A stretch of DNA of 27,394 bases from Paramecium tetraurelia (taxonomy: Eukaryota). Where the stretch lies: assembly GCA_000165425.1 (NCBI GenBank), contig CT868011.1:248001-275394 (forward strand), in the 5' to 3' direction. The first letter of the stretch is position 1; each line of letters begins with the position of its first letter. The notes under the pieces are model-generated. The model saw nothing but the letters and a program-made list of their open reading frames with translations, did not search any database and was not told the DNA's origin. Position numbers and translations under genes: made by a program. Positions 1-11,469 of this stretch are shown here, piece after piece.

Positions 1-1
1 A

Positions 2-3000
2 AATGTTCGATAATTCATTCAAGCACTTGATGTGGAATAATAAAACTTATGGCTTTTAATTAATTTAATTGATGTAAAATGCCAGTTTTATAATTTTTTA
101 ATTAAAGAGTAACCTCTTTATTAATATTTATAAAATTTCAAAAAACAATTTGATAAATTAATATATGCCCTTGAAAAATTTAAGGGTATTTTCGAAGGCT
201 AATATGATCTTGAATCTGGAAAAATGAAAACTTCCAACACTTTCGATTATATTTCCATATATATCATATCTTCTTTTGAATATATTTTTTATGGTAATTA
301 TTTCAAAGTAATTTAACAATTGGTAATTTTAGGCAAAAGAACTTGAAAAAAAATAGAATGAAGTATCTGCATTAGATAAAATTATGAACTTGAAATTCTA
401 AAGAAGTATTATATTAATAAATATAATAGATGAGGCTTTCCTTGTGTCTACAAGTGTTATTAGGAACTCCTATACAATTTTAAATTCTAAGAATAAGAGA
501 CTAATGTTAGTGTTAGAATAAGAAAGTGAACCAAAGTTGATTAGTGATTTTCTACCTCCATTTTCAAATACGATTTACAATAATCTTGTAAGTAATTACC
601 TTTAGACAGGGTTTAATATAAAATAGCCTTGTTCTCTATATTTTTTGAGATTTGACTACTTAGTTGAGTGTGATTTTTATATAAATGCCCAAATGAGCAA
701 GGACGACATAGTATTGTAAAATTATTTTGTTTTGAAAAATTAACCTAATCATTTACTTGTATTTGATAATGAAGGTAAAATATTAGGGATAACTTATGAC
801 ATTTTTGGTTATTTAATTTAAAAATCAGACAATACCTATACAAAGAATTTATCAGTTTCACAATTTTTACATTGTGGAATGATTCAATATTATTTGCCAG
901 AAATCTATAAGTTTATTTAAGATTTGGCAGGCTAACCTTCATCTGTTAGTAACCAACAGATTCTAAATATCGCATCGAGATGGGATTTTCCAATTAACCA
1001 TAAAAAATGCTTAGATTCTACTTAAAATCTACTACACTAATCAGATGAATAGAGTCACAAATCAGTAAAAAAAAAGCCTTTGTATCACTAAACTTGGAAG
1101 AAATAATAAAGTTAGGTGTTGTTGGATGAAAATATTATAATTTAAAATGTATTGGTAAAACTAATGTAAAAGCAACTAATCTAATAAATACAAAATCTTG
1201 TTGTACCTTCTTCTAGGATGAAAAGCATTGAGTTTGAGGGTTCGTTGGAATTTGTAAAGGTTAAATAGATGGAAGGTGATTCATGTTATTTTATATTGAG
1301 ATTTAAACAAATAGAAGATTATTCATAAGATAAAGTTTAGAAGATTGTTTAAGAATATTAATTTTATTCATCGTTGGCGATTGATGAATAACAATATGAA
1401 GATTTACAAATAGATTACGAATTTATTAGAAAAATAATCAATTATAAAACTTTCAATAATTCACTTAAATACAATATTATAATACTGCTATTCATGATAA
1501 TCATTACGATTCTTGCTTTAATTATCAATTATACTTAAAATTATGAATAGATGATCTATTACTAGCATTTAGTTAATTTTCTTACTACTCCTTAGGCAAT
1601 GACTTATAATATAGGAGCCGCATTTATATTGATGTGGAATCAATATTGTATTTAAAATAAATTGTATTTAACAAGTCCTTATTTAGAGTAGAGAAGAGAA
1701 ACTTAACTAGTTGGTTTATTCGAATTTTGGAATTAAGTCCAAGAAGAATATACTATGAAACTAAGTATGAAGAGCATAGAATTAGGGATGAATAATATAA
1801 GTTTAATCTCGTTTGAGAACAATATTAAATCTACTGCTGATATAGATTTCTATTCATTTTATGCAATAATGCGAGAATCTATGGTAAGATAGTTTAAAAA
1901 TACTGATTTTAATGATAGTACTACTTTTGATCCTGGAATATTGTAAACAAATGGAACAATTAGACAAAATATGCTATAAATATTTAAGTTTCATCACAAA
2001 GTATAAGATGAAGTAATAGAATAGACAGAAATATCCTTTTCATAATTCGAGGACCAAACCTTTAAGCTTTGTATTTATTCTTCTGCTGTAATATTACTCT
2101 TTCTAGTAATTTTTATAATAATTAATTGTTCTTTGTTATAAAAGTAAGCTAAACTCATTAGATTGCTTTAATACTTGAACATCAACATAATTTTTGATTA
2201 AGTCGAGATTTTGAATTTCTAAAAAGAATAATTGTAAAAATTATTAATAGTGTAGAATATTCAAAAATCTAATCCTCTGACTTCATAACAAAACGAAAAG
2301 GCTCCTTTAATTTAGACCAAACTTAATCCTTTGAGTAAATTAGATAATTATGATGAGAAGTATCATTTGTTGATAATATTATCTTTGATCATAGGAGTTT
2401 AACTCATATTTTTCATTTTTGGATCTTAGATAATAGCTCAATTGTATAATAGAGATCACTAAGATAGTTTAATCTTAACAATGAAATATCTTAAATTAAA
2501 AACTCGATTAGATTCAACTATAATTGTTGGGGAAATAATAAAAACTGAGCATCTTTTGAAAAATAATAGTAATATTAATTTCATTAATGAGACTGAACAC
2601 ATCTAGTTCTTTTTTGACAATGTTGATCAGTTAAACAATTTATCAAATAATATCAACAATGACCTTCTAACAGTTTCATCCTACAACTCCTCCTTTTAAG
2701 AGAAACTCTTAGACATATTTAACAAAGATTTATGTCTGCATTACACATTTTTATTAAGTTTTTGTATAATTGACAATATCAGAATTGATTATTACGAGAA
2801 CGAAAACTATTTAACATTAATAGATAAGGGGATATTTGGAATATTGCAAGATTTAGATAAATTAGCCAAGTAGGATTACAATTATGAGTATATCAATTAA
2901 AAATATGAATACAACCAAAGCCATTCAGATTACTTTCTAAGCTAGCCAATTCATAATCACTTATTTTAATAATACTTTATCGAAATCTAAACTTGTATTT

Positions 3001-3277
3001 ATCTGTGTTTTCTTGATATTTTTGCTGAAACCAAAGTTTTAAGTGACAGATTATCAAGTTCGATTCTCCTCTACTTAGTCACATCTTCTGTCGTGTAATT
3101 TATTTATCAATATATAGTTTCTTGTTATTAACATGGTCGATTGCTGGATTTTGGATTTATAAATAATATAAAAGATGTAACCAATTAAAGTTAATAGCTA
3201 CTTTATTTCCTCCTGCTTTATTAAAGTAGAATAGCTTCAATAAATTGTTGCATTTTTAATTACTGTAAAATAAGTGA
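2..3277 (+). CDS. 5'-partial large multi-pass membrane protein of the ciliate PAS-domain/TmcB-like family (code 6; two introns)
   Basis: The frame from nt 2 is open with TAA/TAG=Gln through TGA at 3275-3277 once introns 308-332 and 3095-3117 are removed. It contains ..FLPPFSNTIYNNLVSNYLQTG.. and ..LLVFDNEGKILGITY.., which resemble the PAS-like segments of this family. Hydrophobic helices include YNIIILLFMIIITILALIINY, IYSSAVILLFLVIFIII, LLIILSLIIGVQLIFFIFG and ILLYLVTSSVVFLLLTWSIAGFWIY. The family call is from motif recall. Confidence 0.8.
308..332 (+). other. 25-nt spliceosomal intron (GTAATTTAACAATTGGTAATTTTAG)
   Basis: It has GTA..TAG ends and a typical Paramecium length. Removal avoids an in-frame TGA at ~344 and joins the frame to a ~2.7 kb open frame. 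Confidence 0.8.
3095..3117 (+). other. 23-nt spliceosomal intron (GTAATTTATTTATCAATATATAG)
   Basis: It has GTA..TAG ends. Removal gives a continuous C-terminal transmembrane helix and a frame open to TGA 3275-3277. Confidence 0.75.
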
Positions 3278-4023
3278 TTGTTAATTTGACATAAATATTT
3301 ACAAATGAATTAAATTTGATATAATTATCTTAATCTTTTTTTAAATTGCTCCTTTTTTGATGGTTGTAACCTTAGAGAAGGGAGTATAATATTTATTCCA
3401 ATATTTATAAATTAGAATGAATTAATTTATAAAAATATTTATCAAAATTTTGTTTTACCTAATTTTTAGCTAATATAAAAATATCAAAAAATAATAATCC
3501 CATAAAGCATTTATTTTAGCACCACAAACATATTTTACAAAATTTAAACCTTCAAAAATTGCAAATAATATTCTCCCTGAAAGTGGTTTTTATTTTTCAC
3601 CTTTTTAGCTACCATTAATATTAAAACTTTAAGAATTACCTAAATCTCAATTTAGAAGCTAAGGAGACATTTACCACATATTAAGGCTGTGTAGAGGAAT
3701 CATTTTATGAATCATCTGAGGGCACATTCATATCTATCCTTGTCCTTTTGTTGCCCTTTTGCTTAACTTATTCTGGTTACAAAAACCAGGTTAATTATTC
3801 TAACTTAAACTTAGATCTCACCTCTTCTGCTTCACTAAAAGACTTAGATTATCTTCTCTTTCTACTTGCTTACTGTTATTATCCTGCTTGTTTTTAACTA
3901 TTTTTTATCACTTATCTTTCTGGATTCTCCTAATTCCCATTTTTTTACCTAAGAATCTAACCAAGGCTAGATTTATTAAGTTGACCAGTTAATTAGACCA
4001 ATCTTAGAAAGCTACCTCTTGAA

Positions 4024-4080
4024 GGGGTTGGGGTTGGGGTTGGGTTTGGGGTTGGGTTTGGGGTTGGGGTTGGGTTTGGT
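4024..4080 (+). repeat. Telomeric repeat tract (TTGGGG/TTTGGG), right end of a macronuclear-type chromosome
   Basis: Mixed G4T2 and G3T3 units are directly visible, with the G-rich strand running 5'->3' outward from unique sequence. Confidence 0.97.
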
Positions 4081-4086
4081 TTTTCC

Positions 4087-4236
4087 NNNNNNNNNNNNNN
4101 NNNNNNNNNNNNNNNNNNNNNNNNNNNNNNNNNNNNNNNNNNNNNNNNNNNNNNNNNNNNNNNNNNNNNNNNNNNNNNNNNNNNNNNNNNNNNNNNNNNN
4201 NNNNNNNNNNNNNNNNNNNNNNNNNNNNNNNNNNNN
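4087..4236. other. Assembly gap (150 N) between two opposed telomere tracts
   Basis: Run of N of the same length as the second gap, which suggests an arbitrary spacer. Confidence 0.99.
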
Positions 4237-4257
4237 GGTAATGCACACCGAAAGATA

Positions 4258-4516
4258 CCCAAACCCCAACCCCAACCCCAAACCCCAAACCCAACCTCAA
4301 CCCCAACCCCAACCCCAACCCCAACCCAAACCCAACCTCAACCCCAACCCCAACCCCAAACCCAACCCCAAACCCAAAGCCAACCCCAAACCCAAACCCA
4401 AACCCAAACTAAACCCAAACCCAAACCCAAACCCAAACCCAAACCCAAACCCAAACCGAAACCCAAACCCCAACCCCAAAACCCAAACCCAAAACCCAAA
4501 CCCAAAACCCAAACCC
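4258..4516 (-). repeat. Telomeric repeat tract (CCCCAA/CCCAAA on +), left end of the ~23 kb segment
   Basis: About 260 nt of C4A2/C3A3 units with some variant units (CCTCAA, CTAAA, CCGAAA, CCCAAAA). Confidence 0.97.
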
Positions 4517-4850
4517 TTTAAAAACAAAATTTAGTTTTTTGAATTTGTGGGTATTCGATAAAAGGTTCCCGAAATGCGCCAGTCTTCTTGGCTAGGTATG
4601 AAACTTATTCGATTATATTCTTTTATTCTTTAATGTTAGTGACATGTGGTATGTATATTGGTGTACAGCCGTCTAATTATCTGAGGCCTAGCCCAGACAA
4701 AGTTATTTCTTCACCAAAGGTAGATAATGTAATGGTTACGCTTGTTATTGTATCTTGAGACATGATAGATGCTTCCTTCCCTCTTTGCATATGAGAATAA
4801 TATCTTGATTTCCCCTTTATTTTCTATTGGCAAAGCAAGCATAACTCCAT
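4517..4850 (-). pseudogene. Possible ORF with a degenerate N-terminal C2H2-like motif, running into the telomere without a stop
   Basis: From ATG at 4850 (minus, code 6): MELCLLCQQKIKGKSRYYSHMQRG..., i.e. C-x2-C-x12-H with the second His absent. No TGA occurs before the telomere. A second frame here is also open, so support is weak. Confidence 0.3.
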
Positions 4851-7630
4851 AAATTGATAACCATAATTCAAATTGAAAATTATTATAAATTTAATAAAAA
4901 TAATACACACATGAACTTAATCTGATTTAAGGTCTTTAAACATTTTTTCAATAAATCAAGGAAACTGAAAAGGTAACCTTTTAATTTAGCAAGTATTAAA
5001 TTCGCAGCTCATAAAAATATAAAACTTCTTTTTTTTTGTTTAATTTTTGATTCAATTATTGTAAACCCTTGACAGATTTGATTTTAAACATTTTAAGGCT
5101 TGGATACTGGAAATTTACATAAATGCAATAAAATATCAATAAAACAACTTGATAATTTTTATTTTATTCTATTCAGGGATTTATTATTACTTAGTAATTA
5201 TATAAAATTAACTTTTATAACTCAATCATTCTATATTCGCCATCCCTTACAACATTTTTTATTTCTTTTAACAATTCTGCAAAACAGTTAACCTAAAATA
5301 CTACTCTAGAACCCATTTAATTTTTATTTGCAAGAGAATATTTCACTTTTACGAAAAACGTAAGGTCAATCATGGTTCTATTGACTTTAAGAATATGATC
5401 TTCTTTTATTTTTAAAAAAGTTCTCAATTTAGAATTCGGTAATGGTTTTTGCTACTTTAGCGAGAATTAGATCACCATTTACTTACAATCATGTGTGTAA
5501 TCAATTTTTGGCTTCACAAAAGTGTAACCTCACCTTATCCTTAACTAATTGATGTCAATATATCATTTCGTAATTAATTATAAATTTTTATTGTAAATAA
5601 TACCCTTAAAATATATTTAATAAATTTCACCTTTTAACATATCACAAGGTTTCTCAAGTGCTAGTATTTGTGAGCAGCAATTAATTGACACATTTAATGA
5701 GTTTATTCTCTAACAAATCCAGTCCTAAGCATTCGAAAACTAATGGATTTAATCCTCTTCATTTATGAAAATTCTAAAGGTCAAAAAAAACTACAAAATA
5801 TCTGCTAGCACAATACAATCCATTTGATTTACATTTGAAAGTGCTACTTTCCATAAAACATTATTGTTTTTTGGAAATTTTGGCATATTTTCTTCCTTCT
5901 TTATAATTTCTGTATCACAGCATTATATACTTATTTTGATCCATACTTTAGTAGGCTTTAACATTTATTTGTTATACTCTTACTTTATAGTGTATCGAAT
6001 AAATTTTCTAAATGATTTATTTACTAGCTTTGATTTTTGTCAAACCTTCTCTTACTTTTGATAAAGTTGTTTATCAATCATAGTCGAATCATATGTATTG
6101 TTTGTATATTTAGTTAGACATCTTTAAAAGATTTACCATATATTAAAAAAAGTACATCTTTCTCTCTCCATATCATATTTATTTTTAAAATGTGGGATTC
6201 TTTTGTTATAATTATTACTGAATTCTGAATGACTGTTATTGGAGCTGAGCATTTGTATTAAAGACATAGTTTTATTTATTTTATCCTCTTTTACTTTTCT
6301 TTCATTTGCATGTATTACTAGCAGAAATTGGAGTAAGCCTTGCTAATTTATTGATATGCAATTGCTGGGATGGATATTTTCTTGTTGGTTAACATTTTTA
6401 TGATTACCACAACAAATGTAAACTCAGGATTAATTGACCTTAATTTATTTCTTAAATGTTCCACCATTAAGATTGCTAGATAAAATGATTGTTTATTGAA
6501 TCCAACAGCAATAGCATTTGTAAATAATGGTAGAAGCACTTTTAAACCATCTAAAATCTGTCTTTAGAACACAATTATTGAACCAGCTAGAATATAGTTA
6601 AAGCGATAGCTGAAGAATCACGTTCTTGTAAATACATACTTATTAGGAAAATAAACATTCTTCTCTTTTTTGCATTGTCAAATTCTCTCTCAGAATATTA
6701 TGTGAGAGTATCTTTTGTGATAATGCTGATACTGACAGTTCTAACTGTTAACTGAGCAAGCATTTAAGAAGCCTATGCCAGTTTCATCTATAAATGGATC
6801 ATTGTGATTAGTAAATTGTGCAGCATTACTATTCATATAACTACTTGAATCTACTTAAGCCTTACATCAATTTATGTAATTGTAGTTGATAATGCTTTAT
6901 GGAGGTTGACAGTGTCAAAACCAGAACAAAGTTTCGCATACATCATCATTGATAATTATAATACATTAGATTTCATGAATGCCAGAATGATAGACAACCA
7001 AAATACTATTTTTATAACTACTATGCAAATCTTATATCTCAAAACAGTAATGCAGTTGATTTGTAGCAATTTCTGCACTAAGGCTTTTGTACACTCATTA
7101 TTATTCGAATAACACATACTTTCATTACAATTTAGTACATTTGTATGAGGGTACATTCTGTAACATCTCCATAATTGAATGTATCTATGAAAGTTGCACT
7201 ATTTCGAATACATTTAACTCAACTTCACAAAGCGAGAAGCACTAAAATATAGAGATAATTATTGTAAATCCTGTTCATGTGACTTTTTACAGTCAGTCGA
7301 TTCATATGCACTTACTTTTCTATCTACCTAGTATTTGTTTTTAACAGGCCCCTATTAGTTGTGGATGATATTAAAGAGATATTTTAGAACATCCGTTATT
7401 TAGAATCATCATGACAGATTATCTGAACCCTTTGCAACTTAATAAGATTTATCATTATAGGCAACAGTAATCTAAAGAGTGTTCAAAAAATTAGTAATAG
7501 AGAGGTTAATTTATGTATTGATAAATTCAATTGAATTGTATACAAAAAGTGCAAATTACTTAATAGAATTACAAGAAGATATTTATTTTTATTGTCTCTA
7601 ATATATTATTAAAAGCTCTAACAATAGGAA

Positions 7631-8257
7631 ATGATTAAAAAAAGTGTAAAATATGATAATGGAGATTCATATGATGGAGATTGGGTTGATGGTAAAAGGC
7701 ATGGAAAAGGTAAATATAAATGGGCTAGTGGAAATTCATATGATGGAGATTGGGTTGATGATAAAATGCATGGAAAGGGTAAATATAAATGGGCTAATGG
7801 AAATTCATATGATGGAGATTGGGTTGATGGTAAAAGGCATGGAAAAGGTAAATATAAATGGGCTAATGGAAATTCATATGATGGAGATTGGGTAAATGAT
7901 AACAGAACTGGAAAGGGTGAATATAAATGGGCTAATGGAAACTCATATGATGGAGATTGGGTTGATGATAAAAGGCATGGAAAAGGTAAATATAAATGGG
8001 CTAATGGAAATTCATATGATGGAGATTGGGTTGATGATAAAAGGCATGGAAAAGGTAAATATAAATGGGCTAATGGAAATTCATATGATGGAGATTGGGT
8101 AAATGATAACAGAACTGGAAAGGGTGAATTTAAATGGGCTGATGGAGATATATATTATGGAGATTGGGTAAATGGCAAAAGGCATGGATAAGGGGAATAT
8201 AAATCTGCCAATGGTGAAAAATATAATGGTAAATGGGTCTTAGATGAAAGAATGTGA
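7631..8257 (+). CDS. MORN-repeat protein (~208 aa, ~9 MORN repeats)
   Basis: Tandem 23-aa units SYDGDWVDGKRHGKGKYKWANGN match the MORN consensus YxGxWxxGxxHGxGxYxxxxG. TAA at 8189 is Gln, so the frame continues GEYKSANGEKYNGKWVLDERM to TGA 8255-8257. The true start could lie in an upstream exon. Confidence 0.93.
7660..8240 (+). repeat. 69-bp coding tandem repeat (MORN units) with a higher-order 207-bp period
   Basis: TCATATGATGGAGATTGGGT recurs every 69 nt. The variant GTAAATGATAACAGAACTGGAAAGGGTGAA occurs in units 4 and 7. Confidence 0.95.
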
Positions 8258-8394
8258 ATTTTTAAGTTAAATTATAAGTCCATATTATAAAAAATCAATT
8301 AGTTTTTCATTGAAAAAATCATTCTTAAGACCAAAATCAATATCTTAAAATTAGATTTTATTTGGTTACTCAAAACAAAATTTTTTTAAATAAT

Positions 8395-9700
8395 GTAGAT
8401 TAAGAATTGAAAGATTTGAAAGATTTGATTGCATTAAGCGACTAATGAATTAATTACAATATATTAACATTCCCATGTAATTTGGGCGTAACCAAATATA
8501 ATAGTCATCTTCTACAAAGAATTGAAGAAATTATAAATAAATATGAATGATCACTATCATATCACAAATAGAACGAGAAACGACTTGAGAAATATGCTTG
8601 AAGTAAGATCTTCGTTTTTTGCAAATTTAATGAAAAAAGTAATAATCTTCAAAGAGTAATTATAGATTCAAATTGGATAGCGATTAAAAGTTATTTATTT
8701 AGCACTTAAATTTTCAGGAAACCTTAAGATACACATATTGACTCTCTTTTAAAAATTGTGATTATATTGAATCCAAAATAGTTTTATAATCTTACACAGT
8801 ATATTGCTAGTATAATATAGAATAGCATCCTTTGTTCATTTCATTGAAAGACCAACAACATTAAAAAGAAAATCTATCGTCAATTGCCAAGAAAAAATTG
8901 GAAACAGTTCAAGAAGTGATTAAGAAAAATAAATTCAAATAGCAGCGGATGAATCAAAGGGACAATATGATTTGCTTGAAATAAAAATGTTGATGATAAG
9001 CAACGCTTATTAATCAAGTCTGCTAAAATAGATGGAAAATGGAGTATTTTTGGATATCAATGAAAGTGGATCACAAATGAGAGTTTTCAAATAAAATTTA
9101 GTTGTTCCAATTCGTAACATTCGAATTAAATAAAAATAATCTAATTTACTTTGAACATTAAAAAATTCAAAGGGGAGTAAAATGAAAAAATTCCCTAAAT
9201 AACATTAGAGATGTTAGAAAGAGTACTTCTGAATTTATCTATTGAAGCTCAGACAAAACAGAATGATAGAGAAAAAATGGAGGATAAAGCAAGATTTTTT
9301 AATTAACCAGTTTACAAATTGATTTGAACTTATTGTATGAACAGGTATAGTAAATTATTCGTATTTTAAAAGATATTGAGGCTTGCATTTATACTACATT
9401 CACAAATGATGCAAACTGTATTTCCCATTAATTAATCTTTTCTCCTGATAGGAGTGAGGGATCCCATAATAATTAAGTATGATGGTTAAAATAACGAAAA
9501 ATACATATATATTCTCTGCAGTAATGGCCATGATTTATTGAATTTCAAAGGTGCAATTCCTGACTTTAAGTTTAAAAAAATGTTTTGATGTACAACGTAT
9601 AATTGAGTGGTCAGAATGATTATGATATTTTTTGTGGAAATCAAGTTCATTTTAGATTATAAATGATAAACTACTTAATCTTATTAAGGATTAGAAATAA
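8395..9700 (+). pseudogene. Decayed coding-like sequence, product unassigned
   Basis: Protein-like stretches in alternating frames (e.g. ADESKGQYDLLEIKMLMISNAYQSSLLKQMENGVFLDINESG; ILCSNGHDLLNFKG) are broken by TGA and frameshifts. Boundaries are approximate. Confidence 0.3.
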
Positions 9701-9729
9701 CACATTCTATAAAAAATTCAATTTTAGGT

Positions 9730-11450
9730 GATAAATGATATTAGAATACTCTATTCTCACATAATATGATTCTGATCTAGGTATTTATTAAAGCGTAAGT
9801 GCTATTTCTTTACACTATCAATTTTGAATAATTTAAAACAATCTTTATTCAAATCATAGCCTGCTCTCATAAATATTATTTATACAAGTTCTGAATTCTC
9901 AATAAGGCTTCTAATTCTCTTCCCGCCTACGATGCAATCGCGGGATCTGATGGTATGGAACTATTAATTCCTAATTAGCCAAATATCTAATATCTAATAG
10001 AACAAAAGTTCTAGTGTAAAGGCGAATTAGACCAGACACAATTAATAAATCATAATTGATTCATGACCTGAATATCCTCTCTTGGAGCATCTAGGGGTAT
10101 TCCAATGGAAATATAAAGTTTTCCAGAAATTTAATATTATCATGGCTTAGGAAGCAAAATATGGTATGAATAATAATCTTAACTTTATTCAATATTAATG
10201 CTATTGGTAAATAAGAGAGGGAACCAAATAATGACTCTAATTCATTCAAAATTTCCTGCTTAAGAATGGAGGAATTAAAACTAAATAGCTAATTCCTTTT
10301 TAAGAAATTTTCCTTACAATATAGTAAACATACATCTAATTAGTCCAACCAAGATTGAATGGAAAGCAACTCTTAAAGTTTTTTATATTCTGCTGCCATT
10401 ATTGGTGGTGCTATTAACTCTTAATGAGGAAAAAAAAATAAAAATATAAGATGCATTTTTATAGATTGAATTCTATACACTAATCTATTTCCACATCCCT
10501 CATCATTCTGTAAGAACACCTTTTCAAAGGCCTATTATTAATGCTGAATTATGAAAAAAATACTTGAACTCCCTCCAATTTAAACTTTACAGTATCTTGA
10601 TTATATGAAAATATCCAATTATCCTGAATTCCTTCATATTAAATAAATAGACTAAAAATTTTATCAATAACAAGAACCTATCTGATGCTTTAAAAGCATG
10701 CAGGTCTTTACTAATCTCCAAATAATCAAAGGAATTCTATGATATTATTACTTACTCAATAAATTTAAAACCATTCAAAACGGAAGGATCCATTATAAAT
10801 TAAACACAATAGAAAGTCATTTAAGCACTTTTCTTAATCGAATAAAGCTGTCCTTTATGACCTAATAGTACTCAATAGATAAGTAAGTTATCTCAATGAG
10901 GACCGCGCTTTTATGAATAAACTAATGAACTGATGAAACTAATCTACATATTCATTATGAGGCTAGTATGTGTACCAAGATTAATAAAATATTTACATCC
11001 AATATTAACCCTTCTTCAATAGGCTTTTAATCCTAAATTGGTCGCTCTTAATTTATTGATAAGATGATCGAAGAATTGAAAACAAAAACGAATGGTCTAA
11101 AAAAGGCAGAGTTTCTGTATAACTAGTACTACTATATGGCTGCAAGAAGAGAGTCTTTTTAATCCTTTAGAGAAAATAAGAATTTTTCATCCTTTTCAAT
11201 AAGAAGGAGCTTTTAGCCATTGAATAGTTATAATAATAGCTACTATTCATAAGAATAATTATAACTATTATGCATGAATATATGTATCACCATGGACGGT
11301 TATACGGAAGATCAAGGCTTATACTTGATGTGCAGGAATGTTTAAATATCACTTCTTTGTTGAAGGTAAATCCGCATAGGGGGCATCCAATAAAATTATT
11401 AAAGGAAATCTTGGCTATTCCTATAAATCTCAATCTCTAATTTTATGAAC
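9730..11450 (+). mobile_element. Highly degenerate non-LTR (LINE-like) retrotransposon remnant: APE endonuclease plus partial reverse transcriptase
   Basis: APE motifs appear in the expected order: LNILSWSIQG (10068-10097; cf. I.SWN..G), NIVNIHL (10318-10338), AIIGGAINS (10395-10421; cf. IIGGDFN) and ID*ILY (10461-10478; cf. IDW/YIL). NINPSSIGFQ (11001-11030) resembles the RT QxGF block. There are frameshifts, stops and apparent internal deletions. Boundaries are approximate. Confidence 0.75.
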
Positions 11451-11469
11451 TAGGAGTATTTCCATTTTT

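Noticed and set aside
4016..4030. All three telomere junctions have AA immediately before the first G run
   Set aside because: With n=3 in a very AT-rich sequence this is not distinguishable from chance.
3993..4534. ORF-track entries with GL/PN/PQ dipeptide repeats
   Set aside because: They are translations of telomeric repeats and the N gap, not genes.
5100..7420. Several short ORFs and Cys-containing minus-strand fragments
   Set aside because: I found no sustained frame in code 6 and no recognisable motif. This is possibly a decayed gene but cannot be supported as a feature.
7653..8102. Alternative-frame ORFs with MEIHMMEIG repeats
   Set aside because: These are shadow frames of the 69-bp MORN array. 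Tandem repeats propagate the absence of stops.
7660..8240. Regular repeat array resembling CRISPR
   Set aside because: There are no unique spacers, the units are in-frame coding MORN repeats, and the context is eukaryotic.
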